Assembly (NCBI GenBank): GCA_030390025.1
Contig: CM059432.1
Location: 65,164,001-65,228,000, forward strand
Source: Squalus acanthias
Lineage: Eukaryota
Direction of reading: 5' to 3'
DNA length: 64,000 bases
A model generated the notes under the pieces. It saw nothing but the letters and a program-made list of their open reading frames with translations, was not told the origin of the DNA and did not search any database. The translations under genes and the position numbers were made by a program. The first letter of the stretch is position 1; every line of letters begins with the position of its first letter. Shown here piece after piece: positions 13,505-26,160 of the stretch.

Positions 13505-14410
13505 CATAGAATCATAGAATGGTTACAGCACAGAAGGAGGCCATTCGGTCCGTCGAGCCTCTCTACAAGAGCACTTCAGCTAGTCCCACTCCCCCACCCT
13601 TTCCTCGTAGCCCTGCAATTTTTTTTCCTTCAGGTACTTATCGAATTCCCTTTTGAAAGCCACAATTGAATCTGCCTCCACGACCCTTTCAGGCAGTGCA
13701 TTCCAGATCATAACCACTCGCTGCGTAAAAAAGCTTTTCCTCATGTTGCCTTTGATTCTTCTGCCAGTCACCTTAAATCTGTGTCCTCTGGTTCTTGACC
13801 CTTCCGCCAATGGGAACAGTTTCTCTCTATCGACTCTGTCTAGATCCCTCATGATTTTGAACACCTCTATCAAATCTCTTCTCAACCTTCTCTGCTCTAA
13901 GGAGAACAATCCGAAATTCTCCAGTCTATCCATATAACTGAAGTCCCTCATCCCTGGAACCATTCTTGTAAACCTCATCTGAACCTGCTCTAAGTTCTTC
14001 ATATCCTTCCTAAAGTGCAGTGCCCAGAATTGGACACAATACTCCAGTTGAGGCCAAACGTTCATCATATCTTCCTTGCTTTCATACTCTATGCCTCTCT
14101 TTATGAAGCCCAGTATCTTGTATGCTTTTTTAACCGCTTTCTCAACCTGCCCTGCCACCTTCAACGATTTGTGCACATATACCCCCAGTTCTCTCTGTTC
14201 ATGCACCCCTTTAGAATTGTACTCTTTAGTTTATATTGTCTCTCCTCATTCTTCCTACCAAAATGTATCACTTCGCACTTTTCTGCATTAAATTTCATCT
14301 GCCACATGTCCGCCCATTCCACCAGCCAGTCTATGTCTTCTTGAAGTCTATCACTATCCTCCTCACTGTTCACTATACTTCCAAATTTTGTGTCATCTGC
14401 AAATTTTGAG
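13505..14410 (-). mobile_element. CR1 LINE 3' fragment
   Basis: WQMKFNAEKCEVIHFG, LEYCVQFW, FFTQRVV.IWNALP; (ATTCTATG)n tail at 13505. Confidence 0.94.
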
Positions 14411-14766
14411 GTATTTATGGTAAAAGACTGCCATATGAAGTGTCAAATTCCAGTCTGTTGACTTCACCTCACATGTTGGGCAATACTTTATATGACACAG
14501 ATGTACAAAGCCCTATGGGAATGTGAGAGCTGCAGACTTACTAACTGTTTATGATGGGAAGCCAGACTAGCATTTGAGGGTCAAATCACACACAAAGGGC
14601 TGCATTTGTCTCTGCAATTCTACCTGAAATGGGGCGAGATAATGGCGTGAAAGTGGGGCAGAAGAGCCTACCGTTGCCTTCACATGCAAACTGATTAGCA
14701 TTCCCCTGTCCCCACCTCTGTCAGGACCACTGCTCCACTGGCAGTCCCTTACCTGTCTCCCACATG

Positions 14767-16030
14767 CATAGAAACATAGGAACAGGAGGAGTAGGCCATT
14801 CAGCCTCTCGAACCTGCTCAGCCATTCAATTAGATCATGGCTGATGTGTGTCTCAATTCCATTTACCTTAGTTCCATATCCCCTGATACCCTTGCCTATC
14901 AAAAATATTTCAATCTCAGTTTTGAAAGTTTCAATTGTCCTAGCATCCACAGCCTTTTGGGGTAGAGAATTCCAGATGTCTACTACCCTTTGTGTGAAAA
15001 AGTATTTCCAAACTTCCCTCCTAAATGGCTTAGCTTTAATTTAAAGATGATGTCCCCTCATTCTTGATTCCCCCACCAGAAGATATAGTTTCTCTGCCTC
15101 TACCCTATCAAATCCTTTTAACATTTTAATTAACGAGATCAGATCACCCCCCAATCTTCAATACTCAAGAGAATACAAGCCAAGTTTATGCAACCTGTCC
15201 TTAGAATTTAATCCTTTTAGTTCCGATATCATTCTGGTGAATCTGTGCTGCACCCCCTCCAAATCCAATATATCCTTCCTCTGTGCAGTGCCCAGAACTG
15301 AACACAATACTCCAGATGGGATCTGGCCAAGGCTTTCTACAGCTGAAGCATAACTTCCTCCCCTTTGTATTCCAGCCTCCTTGAGATAAAGGCCAACGTT
15401 TCATTAGCTTTTTTGATTGATTTTTGTACCTGTTTACCAGCTTTTAGTGATTTATGTACCTGGACTCCCAAATCTCTTTGCTTCTCTACAGTATTTAGAA
15501 AATACTCTGATTTATCTTTTTTAGCTCCAATGTGATGACCTCACACTTGCCCACATTGAACTCCATCTGCCACAGTTTTGCCCACTCACTTAATCTGCCT
15601 ATGCCTCTTTGCAACTTCCTGCTCCCATCTGCATTACTTACCATCCTTCCTAATTTAGTGTAATCTGCAAACTTGGATATACAAATCTCTATTCCTTCAT
15701 CCAAGTCATCAATAAACATGGTGAAAAGTTGAGGCCCCAGAACAGATCCCTAGGGAACACCACTTGTCACATCCAGCCAATTTGAGTACATACCCTTTAT
15801 TCTATGTCTGTCTCCTACCTTCCAACTAATTTCCAACCCAAGTCAAAAGGCTACCTCCAATTCTGTGTGGTTGAATTTTTGCCAATAATCTTTTGTGTGG
15901 AGCGATATGGAATGCCTATGGATGTTACCTATATGGAAGTCCATATAAGTAACATCCATAGACACTCCCTTGTCTACTTTATTAGTGACTGCCTCAAAAA
16001 ATTCAACTAGATCAGTCAGACATGACTTAC
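14767..16030 (-). mobile_element. CR1 LINE fragment, degraded
   Basis: IDDLDEG..ISKFADYTKLG and WQMEFNVGKCEV; CR1 tail at about 14767. Confidence 0.9.
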
Positions 16031-16923
16031 CTTTAACAAAGCTGGCTTTCTCTGATCAGCTCATATGCCAGCAGGGAGGCAGGGTCCAGGTTTGTGGCAA
16101 ATTTTCCTTCCATCCACTCTGCTTACTACCAATCCCTGGGACTGCTTGGAGTAAGATGGCAGTGGGCCTGGGGTAGTGGTGGTAATGGCACCAAAGTCTC
16201 CTGATAGAGAAAGAAAACCTAGTAGAAGCCACCTCTACCTGAATTACGTCCCCAGCACTTACATTTGTAAGCTTCAATCTTTGCCAAGGCCTACAAAGCC
16301 AGTAGGTTTTTCATTTATGGGGCTCTTCTGTCCCTTTAAGGTCTCTTGCTGCCTCTTTTGGTATTGCAGGATAATGGATCTAGGTCAGGGCAGAGTTGGA
16401 GGGGCTAGTGGAAGTCCTGCCCTGCCCCAATGGGCAAATCCAGTCCAAAAATCTACAACAGTCCAGGATTAACATTGCTCAGTTTATATAATTAAATACA
16501 TTTCCAGCAACTGAACAATGTATATTTTTATATGGCTCCATAAACGTATGCATTGTTCACATCCACAGATTTTACAGGTGGCCAAAACAATTCTCACTTC
16601 TCAAACAGTATGGAGTGGAAAGCTGACAAAGTCTCTGCTCATTTTCCTAAAAATCCAAGTTTTGAAGCTTTTGATTATTGATTTGTTTGCTGACAGATAA
16701 ATCATCTTCAAAAGCTTTTAAACAGGCTCAGTTTTTATTAAAAAAACTACGGTAGTTCATCTTTAAATAGAATTGAAAAGCCAGCAGGTTGCTGTGACCC
16801 AAGAATGGGTGACATCACTAGAACAATCCATCTACATTTCAGTATTTCCACATCGCAGTTTGTTGGATGGAATCAGAAACTATCTGTGTCTCTTTTCACT
16901 AGTCAGCTAAAGTAATATATCTA

Positions 16924-17815
16924 GGGGGAGAAATTCGGTATCGCCCTGTTTGGGGTGCAATTATCGGCCGGGCGCAAAGTTTAACGCCTGGCACTAATTA
17001 TCGCCTCTGACTGCAAACTTGGCTTCTATCGCCCCTGGAGGCGATTGGAGTGCTAAATCAGGCGCTACACTTACTCTTAAGGCGCTAACGCTGAGGAGCG
17101 AGGTGCTACCTCAGAGCGCTGGCGAAGCTCATGTGATGTCAGTTAGCAATGGAACACAGACACACTGGCGCCGGCCAGTTCTTAAAGGGGAGGGTTGATC
17201 TTGCTCTCCATCCACACCCTGCTCATTGCAGCCTTGAATCTCGGCCTGGAGAGACCTGTACATCAATTCTGCTGGAAAGAACAATGGAGAGGTCCAGGAA
17301 AAGAGCTCAGAGTTCAGCCCCCACAGTCTCTTCTAAATCGATGCAAGGAAGGTCAAATCAAAATGAACCTGCAAAGTGCTGCTTAGTCACCCAAAACTCC
17401 ATCACACAGCGTTGAATCTCTCCAGAAGTCTCTCTCTCTCTCTCAGAATGCGTGGTGCAAAAATGTCACCGACAAAAAAAGGCAGGAAGCGGCCGCCTTT
17501 AAATAGCACTCCCCCAGTCCCTTGCTGACTGCAAAACGCTCCCCTCTACCTTTCGTTGCTAGCGGCAGGCGGAAAGGCAGGGGGCACCACTCAATATCCG
17601 GTCCGGGGTGCTACTCGGACGTTGCACGCTTAACTGACGTCACGATCTGCGGGTGCAGGAGATTGTGGCGGTAATGTTTAGCGCCACCGCAAAATGTCTG
17701 GTCAATTTCGCGAGCGGCGCAAACATCGCCGCGCCAAGGCGCTAGTTGCTTTGCGCCCCGTTAGCGCCCACTTAGGGCGCTAATGGGAGTCGCAAAGCAA
17801 CCAAATTTTTCCCCC
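16924..17815. mobile_element. Harbinger-type MITE, CpG-rich
   Basis: TIR GGGGGAGAAATTCGGT / ACCAAATTTTTCCCCC; CTA is duplicated at 16921-16923 and 17816-17818. Multiple internal GGCGC(T/A)AA repeats; a possible Myb-gene start remnant (MERSRKRAQ) at about 17284. Confidence 0.8.
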
Positions 17816-18039
17816 CTAGAATTTTATAACCTGTAGATGAACAATTGGTGACTTGATTTATGTTTTATTTTTCTAGCTTTGTAAACAGAGAAGCACAAAT
17901 CACTCAACTGGTGATACGATGATGTTGCCATATTACTAAGTTACACTCACTAATAAAAATATTTAGGGGTGTTTTTATAAATTCTAATATAAAAATCATA
18001 TCAACATAGGCTGTGATATTTCAAGTTAAACGAAGACTG

Positions 18040-18275
18040 TGGGACAAGGGGAAAGAAGTACAACCTAGTAAAAGGCATGTTCAAGACTGATGTCAAGAAG
18101 CACTTTGTCACACAAAGAGTGATTAATACCTAACTAGGATAAAGCAGACGAAAATATATTCAAGAGCAATACAATGCTTTAAAGGGGTGAGGAATGGAGG
18201 GTATAGGTTTGTATAGAAGTTTGAGCTAGATGGGCCAAACAACCTCTCTTACCTATACTGGACATTGTGATGTGA
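18040..18275 (+). mobile_element. Old CR1 3'-end fragment
   Basis: Degraded TRG..KL.KG.F.TDVKKHFVTQRVIN-like sequence followed by a gatgggcc 3' UTR motif; similar to 26510-26850. Confidence 0.55.
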
Positions 18276-18309
18276 CAGCACATATACCAATGAGGATGGC
18301 AGTAGAACC

Positions 18310-18862
18310 ATTAAGATAGTACCAGCGAGCTGCATGCTGCAGTCACGGCCACAGAAGCAGCTCGCCGAATTTGGCCAGCTGGGACACTGGCTGAATGCCT
18401 CAGGTGAACCCAGGGGAGTGCAATTGAGATGGGGCTAATTGGTGGCCGACAGCAGCCTGCAGTTTTAATGTGGAGCCGGCAGGAGCAGAAGTACTCCTCC
18501 TGGCTCCACGTTAAGGTAAGCATTATTTTTAAAAACTGACCTTTTTAGTGGCCGTCTCCAGCAGTTCCTGATTATGACCATTCAGACCAGGTAATACTGA
18601 ACACAGCAGGCCTAACGCTGTGTTCAGGGTAAACCAATTTCTGGTTTGGGTCCTAAAACAGGTGTTAGGCCCTCTATTGGTATTTTCAAGGAGCCTAACG
18701 TCTGTTTTAGGCAGCTGCCAGTGATGCCTCTACAGCGGCTGAACTAATATGGCGTTGGACATATTTCCAACGCTGTTTGGGTATGAGAGGCTGGCCTAAA
18801 TTAGACTTGTTTGCACCCGTTTTCCACCTGGAAAACAGGCGCAACGAGGTCCAATTTCACCG
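18310..18862. mobile_element. Partial MITE, same family as 54388-55494 in the opposite orientation
   Basis: Shares ggctccac..taaggtaag, ctccagcagt and aaacaggtgttaggccc blocks with 54500-54680; right end gtccaatttcacc. Confidence 0.55.
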
Positions 18863-19920
18863 AGTGTTTTGATTAGACTGTTCCAGAAACTGATACTGCC
18901 CAAAAAATTCCTGCAAACCACAATGATGGCCCTTTAAAGGGAAAATAAATCTTCTCTGTTAAGTAAGTACCTTTATTGTATTGCTCATTTTTCTCTCCAT
19001 TTAGTTTATAGCATTTGTCAGCTGTTTCCTATTACTCTTGTCAGAACAGTCTGTGATGATTTATTTAGGCCTCCTAGGTTGTCATATCTATTTTCCTGTT
19101 AGAATGTGGCATAAATTATTTCATAGAAGGCTTACAGGCCACTCCCTGACATCATTATCAGTTAAGTAATGAAAAACTGGAGGAATGATTTACACAGGAA
19201 CTGTGCATCAGTGGGGACATCATTTACCCATAATTCAACAGGCAATAATGGCACTCCACATGGCCTAAATAAGTAAATACATATGGAATTCTGTGATCCA
19301 AATGAATAAGAAACAGATGAGAAAGATACACCATAATTAAATAGAGAAAAAAATGAGTAATGTTTGAAAGGAATGACTTCACCACTGTGGGTTTAGTTCC
19401 CTTTAACATGTAACATAACATTTTCCACATCCGTTTCTAAGTTTCTTACATTTTGGAACACAGGGCTTTAAAGTTGCTACAAATTAGAGTTTTATCAGCA
19501 ATGATTTTTGTGAGACTGAAACTATGGGTCAGATTATCTTTGTTATATTTGGATCAAGACCCCCACAATTCTTTGGTTTTGTTTCACTTAGATTTCTGTT
19601 CTATCTCAAGCCACAAAGATTAATGAGGGGCACAAAGGCTTGCACAACACTTATGTTTTTAGATCCAAAATGAATATGTAATGTTTGTACTCCTTTTCTA
19701 TCCATAAATTATTTTTGACAGAAACTCAACTTCAGATTTAGGTATTGAGAAAGATTTGCATAACCTTTAGATTGAGGCAAATTTTTGAGGGTTACTAGCT
19801 TGCAAGCCTGAAACTGTCATTCATGAAATTGTGACAGACAGAGAACCTGATTACCATTTGGGGGAGACAACTGGACCGAGCGTGCACTGTGCACACTCCG
19901 TCCATGTTTTACCTAGTGAT

Positions 19921-20722
19921 ACAACAACAACAACAACTTGCATTTATCTAGCATCTTTAACGTAGTAAAACATCCCAAGGCGCTTCACAGGAGCGTTATC
20001 AAACAAAATTTGACACTGAGCCACATAAGGAGATATTAGGACAGATGACCAAAAGCTTGGTCAAAGAGGTAGGTTTTAAGGAACGTCTTAATGAAGGAGA
20101 GAGATGTAGAGAGGCGGAAAGGTTTAGGAAAGGAATTCCAGAGCTTAGGGCCTAGGCAGCAGAAAGCACGGCCGCCGATAGTAGAGCGCTTGAAATAGGG
20201 GATGCGCAAGAGGCCAGAATTGGAGGAGCACAGAAATCTCGGAGGTTTGTAGGGCTGGATGAGGTTACAGAGATAGGGAGTGGGCGAGGCCATAGAGGGA
20301 TTTGAAAACAAGGATGAGATTTTTAAAATTGAGGCGTTGCCGGAAAAGGGAGCCAATATAGGTCAGCGAGCACACTGGCGATGGATGAATTAAGATACGG
20401 CAGTAGAGTTTTGGATTAACTCAAGTTTAGGAGGGTGGATGATGGGATGCCAAACAGGACAGCGTTGGATTGGTTCAGTCTAGAGGTAACAAAGGCATGG
20501 ATGAAGGTTTCAGCAGCAGGTGAGCTGAAGCGGGGCGGAGTCAGGCGATGTTATGGAGCTGGAAGTAGGCGGTCATGGTGATGGAGTGGATATGTGGTCA
20601 GAAGCTCATCTTGGGGATCAAAAACGACACCAAGGTTACGAACAGTCTGCTTCAGCCTCAGACGTTTGCCAGGGAGAGGGAGAGAGTCGCTGGCTCGGGA
20701 ACGGAGTTTGTGGCGGGGACCG
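19921..20722 (-). mobile_element. L2 LINE 3' end
   Basis: L2 ORF2 C-terminus YLCNLIQPY.PPR.L.SSNSGLL...GGRAF...GPKLWNS.P...KTYLF; (TTG)n tail at about 19921-19938. Confidence 0.9.
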
Positions 20723-20995
20723 AAGGTGACAGAAAATGGTAAGTTTAAAATTATTTTTGTGGGGCCAGGGGGAGCAGGAGCGCTGCTCCGGGATCAACAA
20801 TAATAATGTGAGCCGCTGCCACCTTGGTCTGCTCCCCCCTTCGATCTACCTTTCTGATATTGTGCTGGACCAGAGGTGGCTAGCTACAGGGAGCGCCCAT
20901 GATAATATTACCAACTCATTTACACTGCGTAAAATAAAAGGAATCTCCTTGCATGTTTGAACACTCATGTATTTTCACAATAGGCTGGCACTCAC

Positions 20996-22499
20996 CTTTT
21001 AAGTTTGTCTCTAACTTTTGGATTCTTGATCTCATTTTGTAAGTCCTCAAAGTTCTGGACAGTACTCATGTTACAAAAGACTCTGTAGTCAGGGTACGAA
21101 GGGATGCCATGATCACGGCCTCTCTGGATATTCATTGCTGCCAAATCCAAAGCTACAGCATGAGCCATGGAAAAGAGCCTTTCTGTCAGTTCCAAATTGA
21201 GAAGCTCTGAGGGGACCCGCATTTTCCCCGCAGAAGCAAAAAGGCCACGGAGGAGTGGATCAATGCCCCCTTCTTGGATAAGTCTGAAGGGAGAGAAGAA
21301 AGCCTTGTGAAGAGGAAGGTGACCTTCTGGAATTGGTTGAAAAGAATTGTTCAGTCGATGGAGAATAGGATTGATCAATGTGTGACCAAACCGAAAGGCT
21401 GCTGTGGCAAAAGCATTTAAAATTGCACCATTCACATTTGGATTGTAACTGTTATATGGTCGCATCATTTTCATCCCCACATCCCCCAGGATTTTGGGGA
21501 GCCAGTGGTCGTATGTGATGTGCTGCATCTGTGCGCCAACAATTTTCCGTGCTTCATGATAGATGGTGTTCCCATCCCAGTGAGGATTCAATCTCAGTAG
21601 TTCGGTGGCAATACGATTATGTTCACGGTACCACAAGGTATGCATGGCTGTCAGTGCAACCTGCTCATTGGCCCTATGATCTCCTGCAAGGAAGCAGGGG
21701 ATTGGGCTTTCATTCTCATCCCTCAAGCATTCTATAGATTGGCCTGTGGCAAAAGGCAACATGTGTTTTCCAGATCTTGACACAACTTCGCCTTCTTTTA
21801 ACAGGCCACGCTGATTTGTAAGGTCTCTAACTTCCATGGATTCATGGTCTGTACTGCCATATACATTAGATGCGTCTATATATGATGTTAGATGATTAAT
21901 CTGCTCTCTGGCATACACTGACTTCATCAGTAAGGACGTCATACCACTACCACAAACTGGACTGGAGCGAACAAAAAACATGCATCTAGCATTTCTTACT
22001 CGAGGATCATTTTCTGGAATCATAATTGGAAAGCAAGGGGGATCGTTATTGCATGCGGAGCTGCAAGACTGTCCATCAGAAAACCGTGACATACTGAGAG
22101 CTGGCACAGTTAGGTCCAAATCATGGTCCAAGAACTGGCCCCACTGCATCAGAATGTGTGTATATCTGTCATCAGGAGTTATTGTCTCTGTCCCAACCAT
22201 TGTTGTTGAAACAAGGCGAGGGAGAGGTAAGGGATGGCCACTGTATAAATGGTTGGATTCAGTACCTCTCGGGAGGCTAAAACCATTTTCATAAACTGGT
22301 TTTAGAATTCTCTCAAATGCTGTGAGTGATGCCCCCCACATTGGATGCTGGAGATTGTTACATGTGCCATCGTGGCTTCGATACTTTTGGTGGTAACATA
22401 TGTCTGAGCAGTTCGGGAACCGCCTGTGAGCAGTACATCCAGAGAGATTGGCTATTAAGTCCAGATAATGTGGAGAAACAAGATCATTGTAGCGGAAGT
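20996..22499 (-). CDS. PXDNL: Peroxidasin-like protein, 1504-nt exon encoding most of the animal haem-peroxidase domain
   Basis: Acceptor ttttctttcag|AC and donor AAAG|gtgag; phase 1-2, uninterrupted frame. Contains [30 protein letters not shown] and NIQRGRDHG. Confidence 0.95.
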
Positions 22500-25400
22500 C
22501 TGAAAGAAAAAAAGAACAAATACGGTTAGAGTAAGCTACTGAAGCATCGAGATCAATTTCTCTCAATGATTTTGACATTTTCTCTTTCTTGACCCAGTAC
22601 TTTCCTACCATTTAAAATATAAAACCTGTGCATGTAAGAAAGTGTGGAAGGATAAAAATAAGTGCATTTTCTTACAGGTAGAAAACAGTGCTAACTCCAA
22701 CTGGTTTTCCCATCAAGAGTGGTCATAAACACCCATGATTCACGATATTTTCATTGGAAATTACTAACACATTCTGGAAGCTGTTTGAACACAGCTCAAT
22801 TTCAAATGGTGAATATTTTCCCTTCGGAATTAAGCTGTCCAAGCTCACTTTCTAACTAGCAAACAAATCTGGTAACAATAAGCTGCTGATGTCATCATTT
22901 CTTAGCCCAGCACATGGTCCGGGGCAGAAAAGAATCAGAGAACACCACAGGAAGGGAAGGCAGGCACAACAGCTCAGGTCACCTATCAGCTAATGCTGGC
23001 AATTCTAACCTGGCTATAGCAGTTCCAGCCTAAGAACTGGAGCACTAGTCAATAGGAATGCAAACTACTTCAAATTATTGAAGATAATTTTTCCTTGAGA
23101 AACTGATATGAAGAGAATATTCAAAATAAAAATTATAAATTCACATCTCTTAACAATTTACTCACACTGGGTCAAACCACAAAACAACATTAAACCCATC
23201 TTTTCAAATCTCTTTACTTAATTTATTTAGCTTAACCGAAGTGCATGATGGAACTCATGGGATATGGTTATGGCACTAACTTACTGGTGACAGATCAGTC
23301 CAATTCTGGGATATAGATCATATCCCAAAGATCCTTACAACTTACCTTTATCAAGTGCCAGGTGAAACACCATAGCATAATTATATTTGTAATAACTAAT
23401 AATTTATTAGTCATCTGCTAATACTTATCCCCAGAGTTTTCCAGATGTTTCTAATAAGGAACGTCTTCTGAAATGTAATTGTAACACAGCACTGAGAGAA
23501 CTAAAGCAGAACTATCTAATTGCTAACTTATGAAGGACTAATTGGTATCTTTTGCTCTATTTGCTATGTTCAGCAGAAAAAATTGGCGTTCGGTACAAAA
23601 CAGATTCTCTGCTTTATACTCCTGCTGACTTTTTTGCTAACTTTAATAAATAGATGAACTTACAGCCCAATATTCAATGCAATTTATATTCGACATGAGG
23701 AACTTTGCTGTGAATATGAACAAGCTCTCTCACAATGTTCTACAAATTTATTTTCCCTTCGTGTCAAGCTAGGATAAATATCTGGAATAACACAAAAACA
23801 ACATTAGTATTTCTAATAGGTTGTCATCACTGAACGTGAGAGTTACATTAAGTGCATAATGTGGTGCATTTCTGAAGAACATTTCACCCACAATGATCAA
23901 CAGAAAGGCACGCTGCAATAAATCATTGTGTTGGTTTACATGCCATGAAAATTCTCTTGCCAAGCCATGAGGCCATAGTAAACAATTACTAATTACGGGG
24001 AAAGTAAACCTTAGCAGTAACTATTGTTTAATACATACAGTATTATGGTACCCGTTAGTTACTGCCATTAACTATTTCTCTTCCTACATTGCTACCCAAA
24101 AATGCAAATCAAAATTAAACTTTTCACTCACCAGAGTTATGCCAGGATGCTAGCATCAACTGTCAGCAGAGCCATGAGCCACGGCTCTGTGACATCTCAT
24201 TGCTGGCTTTCATGAAATGTATTAAAGGTCTAAGCACCTGGAAAAGAAGAGCAAAGTGAATGGCTGAATATTTTAGCCTAGAAATTACGCAATAAAAATT
24301 GCATAAGTTGAACGTAATTGTGGTGCGGGATGGGAGAAGTTGGAAATTGCGGCTAAAACTTGGACCTGCCAGGATTTCACCCCCCCCCCCGCCAAAAAAA
24401 GTTGCACTTATGGGGGGTGGGGGGGGGGTGGCGGTGGTGGTGGGGGAGGAGGAAGGGCAATGGTGCTTCTTCTGCCCACCCTCCCTTACATTGTGGGAGC
24501 AGTTTGAGGGCATTTCTGGATGTATTCCCGGGCTACCCTGGGAATTCTGCCAAATATGTCCTTGGTAGGCACAGCGGCACTTGCATCTGCTGAGAGGAGT
24601 CATACATTTGATTGTGCTTGAAGTGGAAAAGACAAACAGAAATCAATCCCATGAGGATCAATTGCTGTTACTATAGATGCTATAGGGAGCTGAAGTGTAA
24701 AATACAAAAATCTTGGCTTTTTTTCTTCAGCCTGATCTGGGACTTTGGATTCCCCTCAGAGTGGCTGGGTGCCACTGAGAGTCCGAGTGCCGCCTTGGGG
24801 CAGGCACTCATATTGTGCTGCTACAGGCATGGGCATCTGCTCCCCACATTTAAATGACTCTGTTGCTGGAATATGGGATGTGGTTAGGATGAGGTGACAA
24901 CAGCAGGCAGAAGCCTTTATCCATTTGTTCTCAAAAGATGTTTAAAAATGAAAAGAGAAAAAGTGATATCTTTAAAGCTGAAGTAAGTTGTAAGAAGCTG
25001 TGAGAGAAAAATACCCGTAAGATAAAGTATTGGAACCTGGAGCACAGATCAAAACAAACACCAATTATTTAATTACACGTTAATACTCAGATATGAGACT
25101 TATGAGAATCCACCAGTGGACCAAATGCTTAGCTGGTCAAATGAGCATTAAAAGGAAACTCTAGAGCCATACTGGAAGTAGAAATCCACATAAGTGGATC
25201 CTCATAAGGTCCGTACCTGAGAATAAAGGTATAATGATTTGCAGGTGTTATATTGGATCTCTGCTACAGGTTACCCTGGGTCAGTTCAAATTTAAACTAA
25301 TTCCTTCTTCCCATTCCATTTTTAACTAAACCTCCTAAATAAAAAGCAGAAAAATTCAGCCATTTATTTTTTCTTCTTTTTCAGTTGATACTTAGCTTTC

Positions 25401-25899
25401 CTCCTGAGAGCCAGCAATGATATACCATCAAGCTATTGCCTTCTTGAATCTGGTAACATTTGAAAGGAGAATCCAGACAAAACTTTCATATTGAATGGTG
25501 CTTTCAGGTTATGTGGTTAAATAATATCAGTGAGTCTTTCTTAAACCTAAAGTTTAGTCACACAGACTACAAATCACAAAAGAGAGTAACCTGCCTATTT
25601 TATTCACCGGAAAAGCATTCCCCTTTCTGATTTGATTTCAAAATTTGTACCTATTAATATGATAAGCAACCGACCATTGACTCAGCAGACACTGCAGAAG
25701 GAACCTGACCTCCATTTGCCATTCTCTTCAACTGAATAGTCAAGTTTGGGAACTCACATGGTTCAGAGTTGCAGGCCTTCAAAACTGTGTCCTTCCATTT
25801 AGTGGCATAACATATTGGAACAGTAATATGCTACACTACTGAATTTTAATATTTCATAGGATTATCTAATTATGATACAAGGTTATAAATCCATTAAAA

Positions 25900-26160
25900 A
25901 GAAAAGAAAGACTTGTATTTATATAGTGCCTTATCATGTCTCAAAGCACGTCACACAACTTACTTTTGAAATGCTGTTGTTGTATATCAAATGCAGCAGC
26001 CAATTTGTGCATAGCAAGATTCCACAACAGCAATGAGATAAATGACCAATTAATCTGTTTTTGTGCTGTTGGTTAACAGAAGAATATTGGCCAGGACATC
26101 ACGAAAACTCCCTGCTCTTTTTTGAATAGTGCCATGGGATTTTTTAGTTCCACTTGAACT
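25900..26160 (-). mobile_element. DeuSINE/SacSINE1-like SINE, 3' fragment
   Basis: aaagacttg.atttatatag.gcc, gcagccaatttg, tattggccaggaca and ctccctgctc match the copies at 82 and 61341. Confidence 0.8.

Noticed and set aside
20996..22499. Assignment as PXDN, MPO/EPX/LPO or TPO
   Set aside because: The upstream Ig exons exclude MPO/TPO types, and diagnostic residues favour PXDNL. PXDN is not formally excluded without a tree or synteny.
23341..23348. Isolated consensus donor AAG|gtaagt on the gene strand
   Set aside because: I found no convincing paired acceptor or open frame upstream, and such sites are expected by chance.
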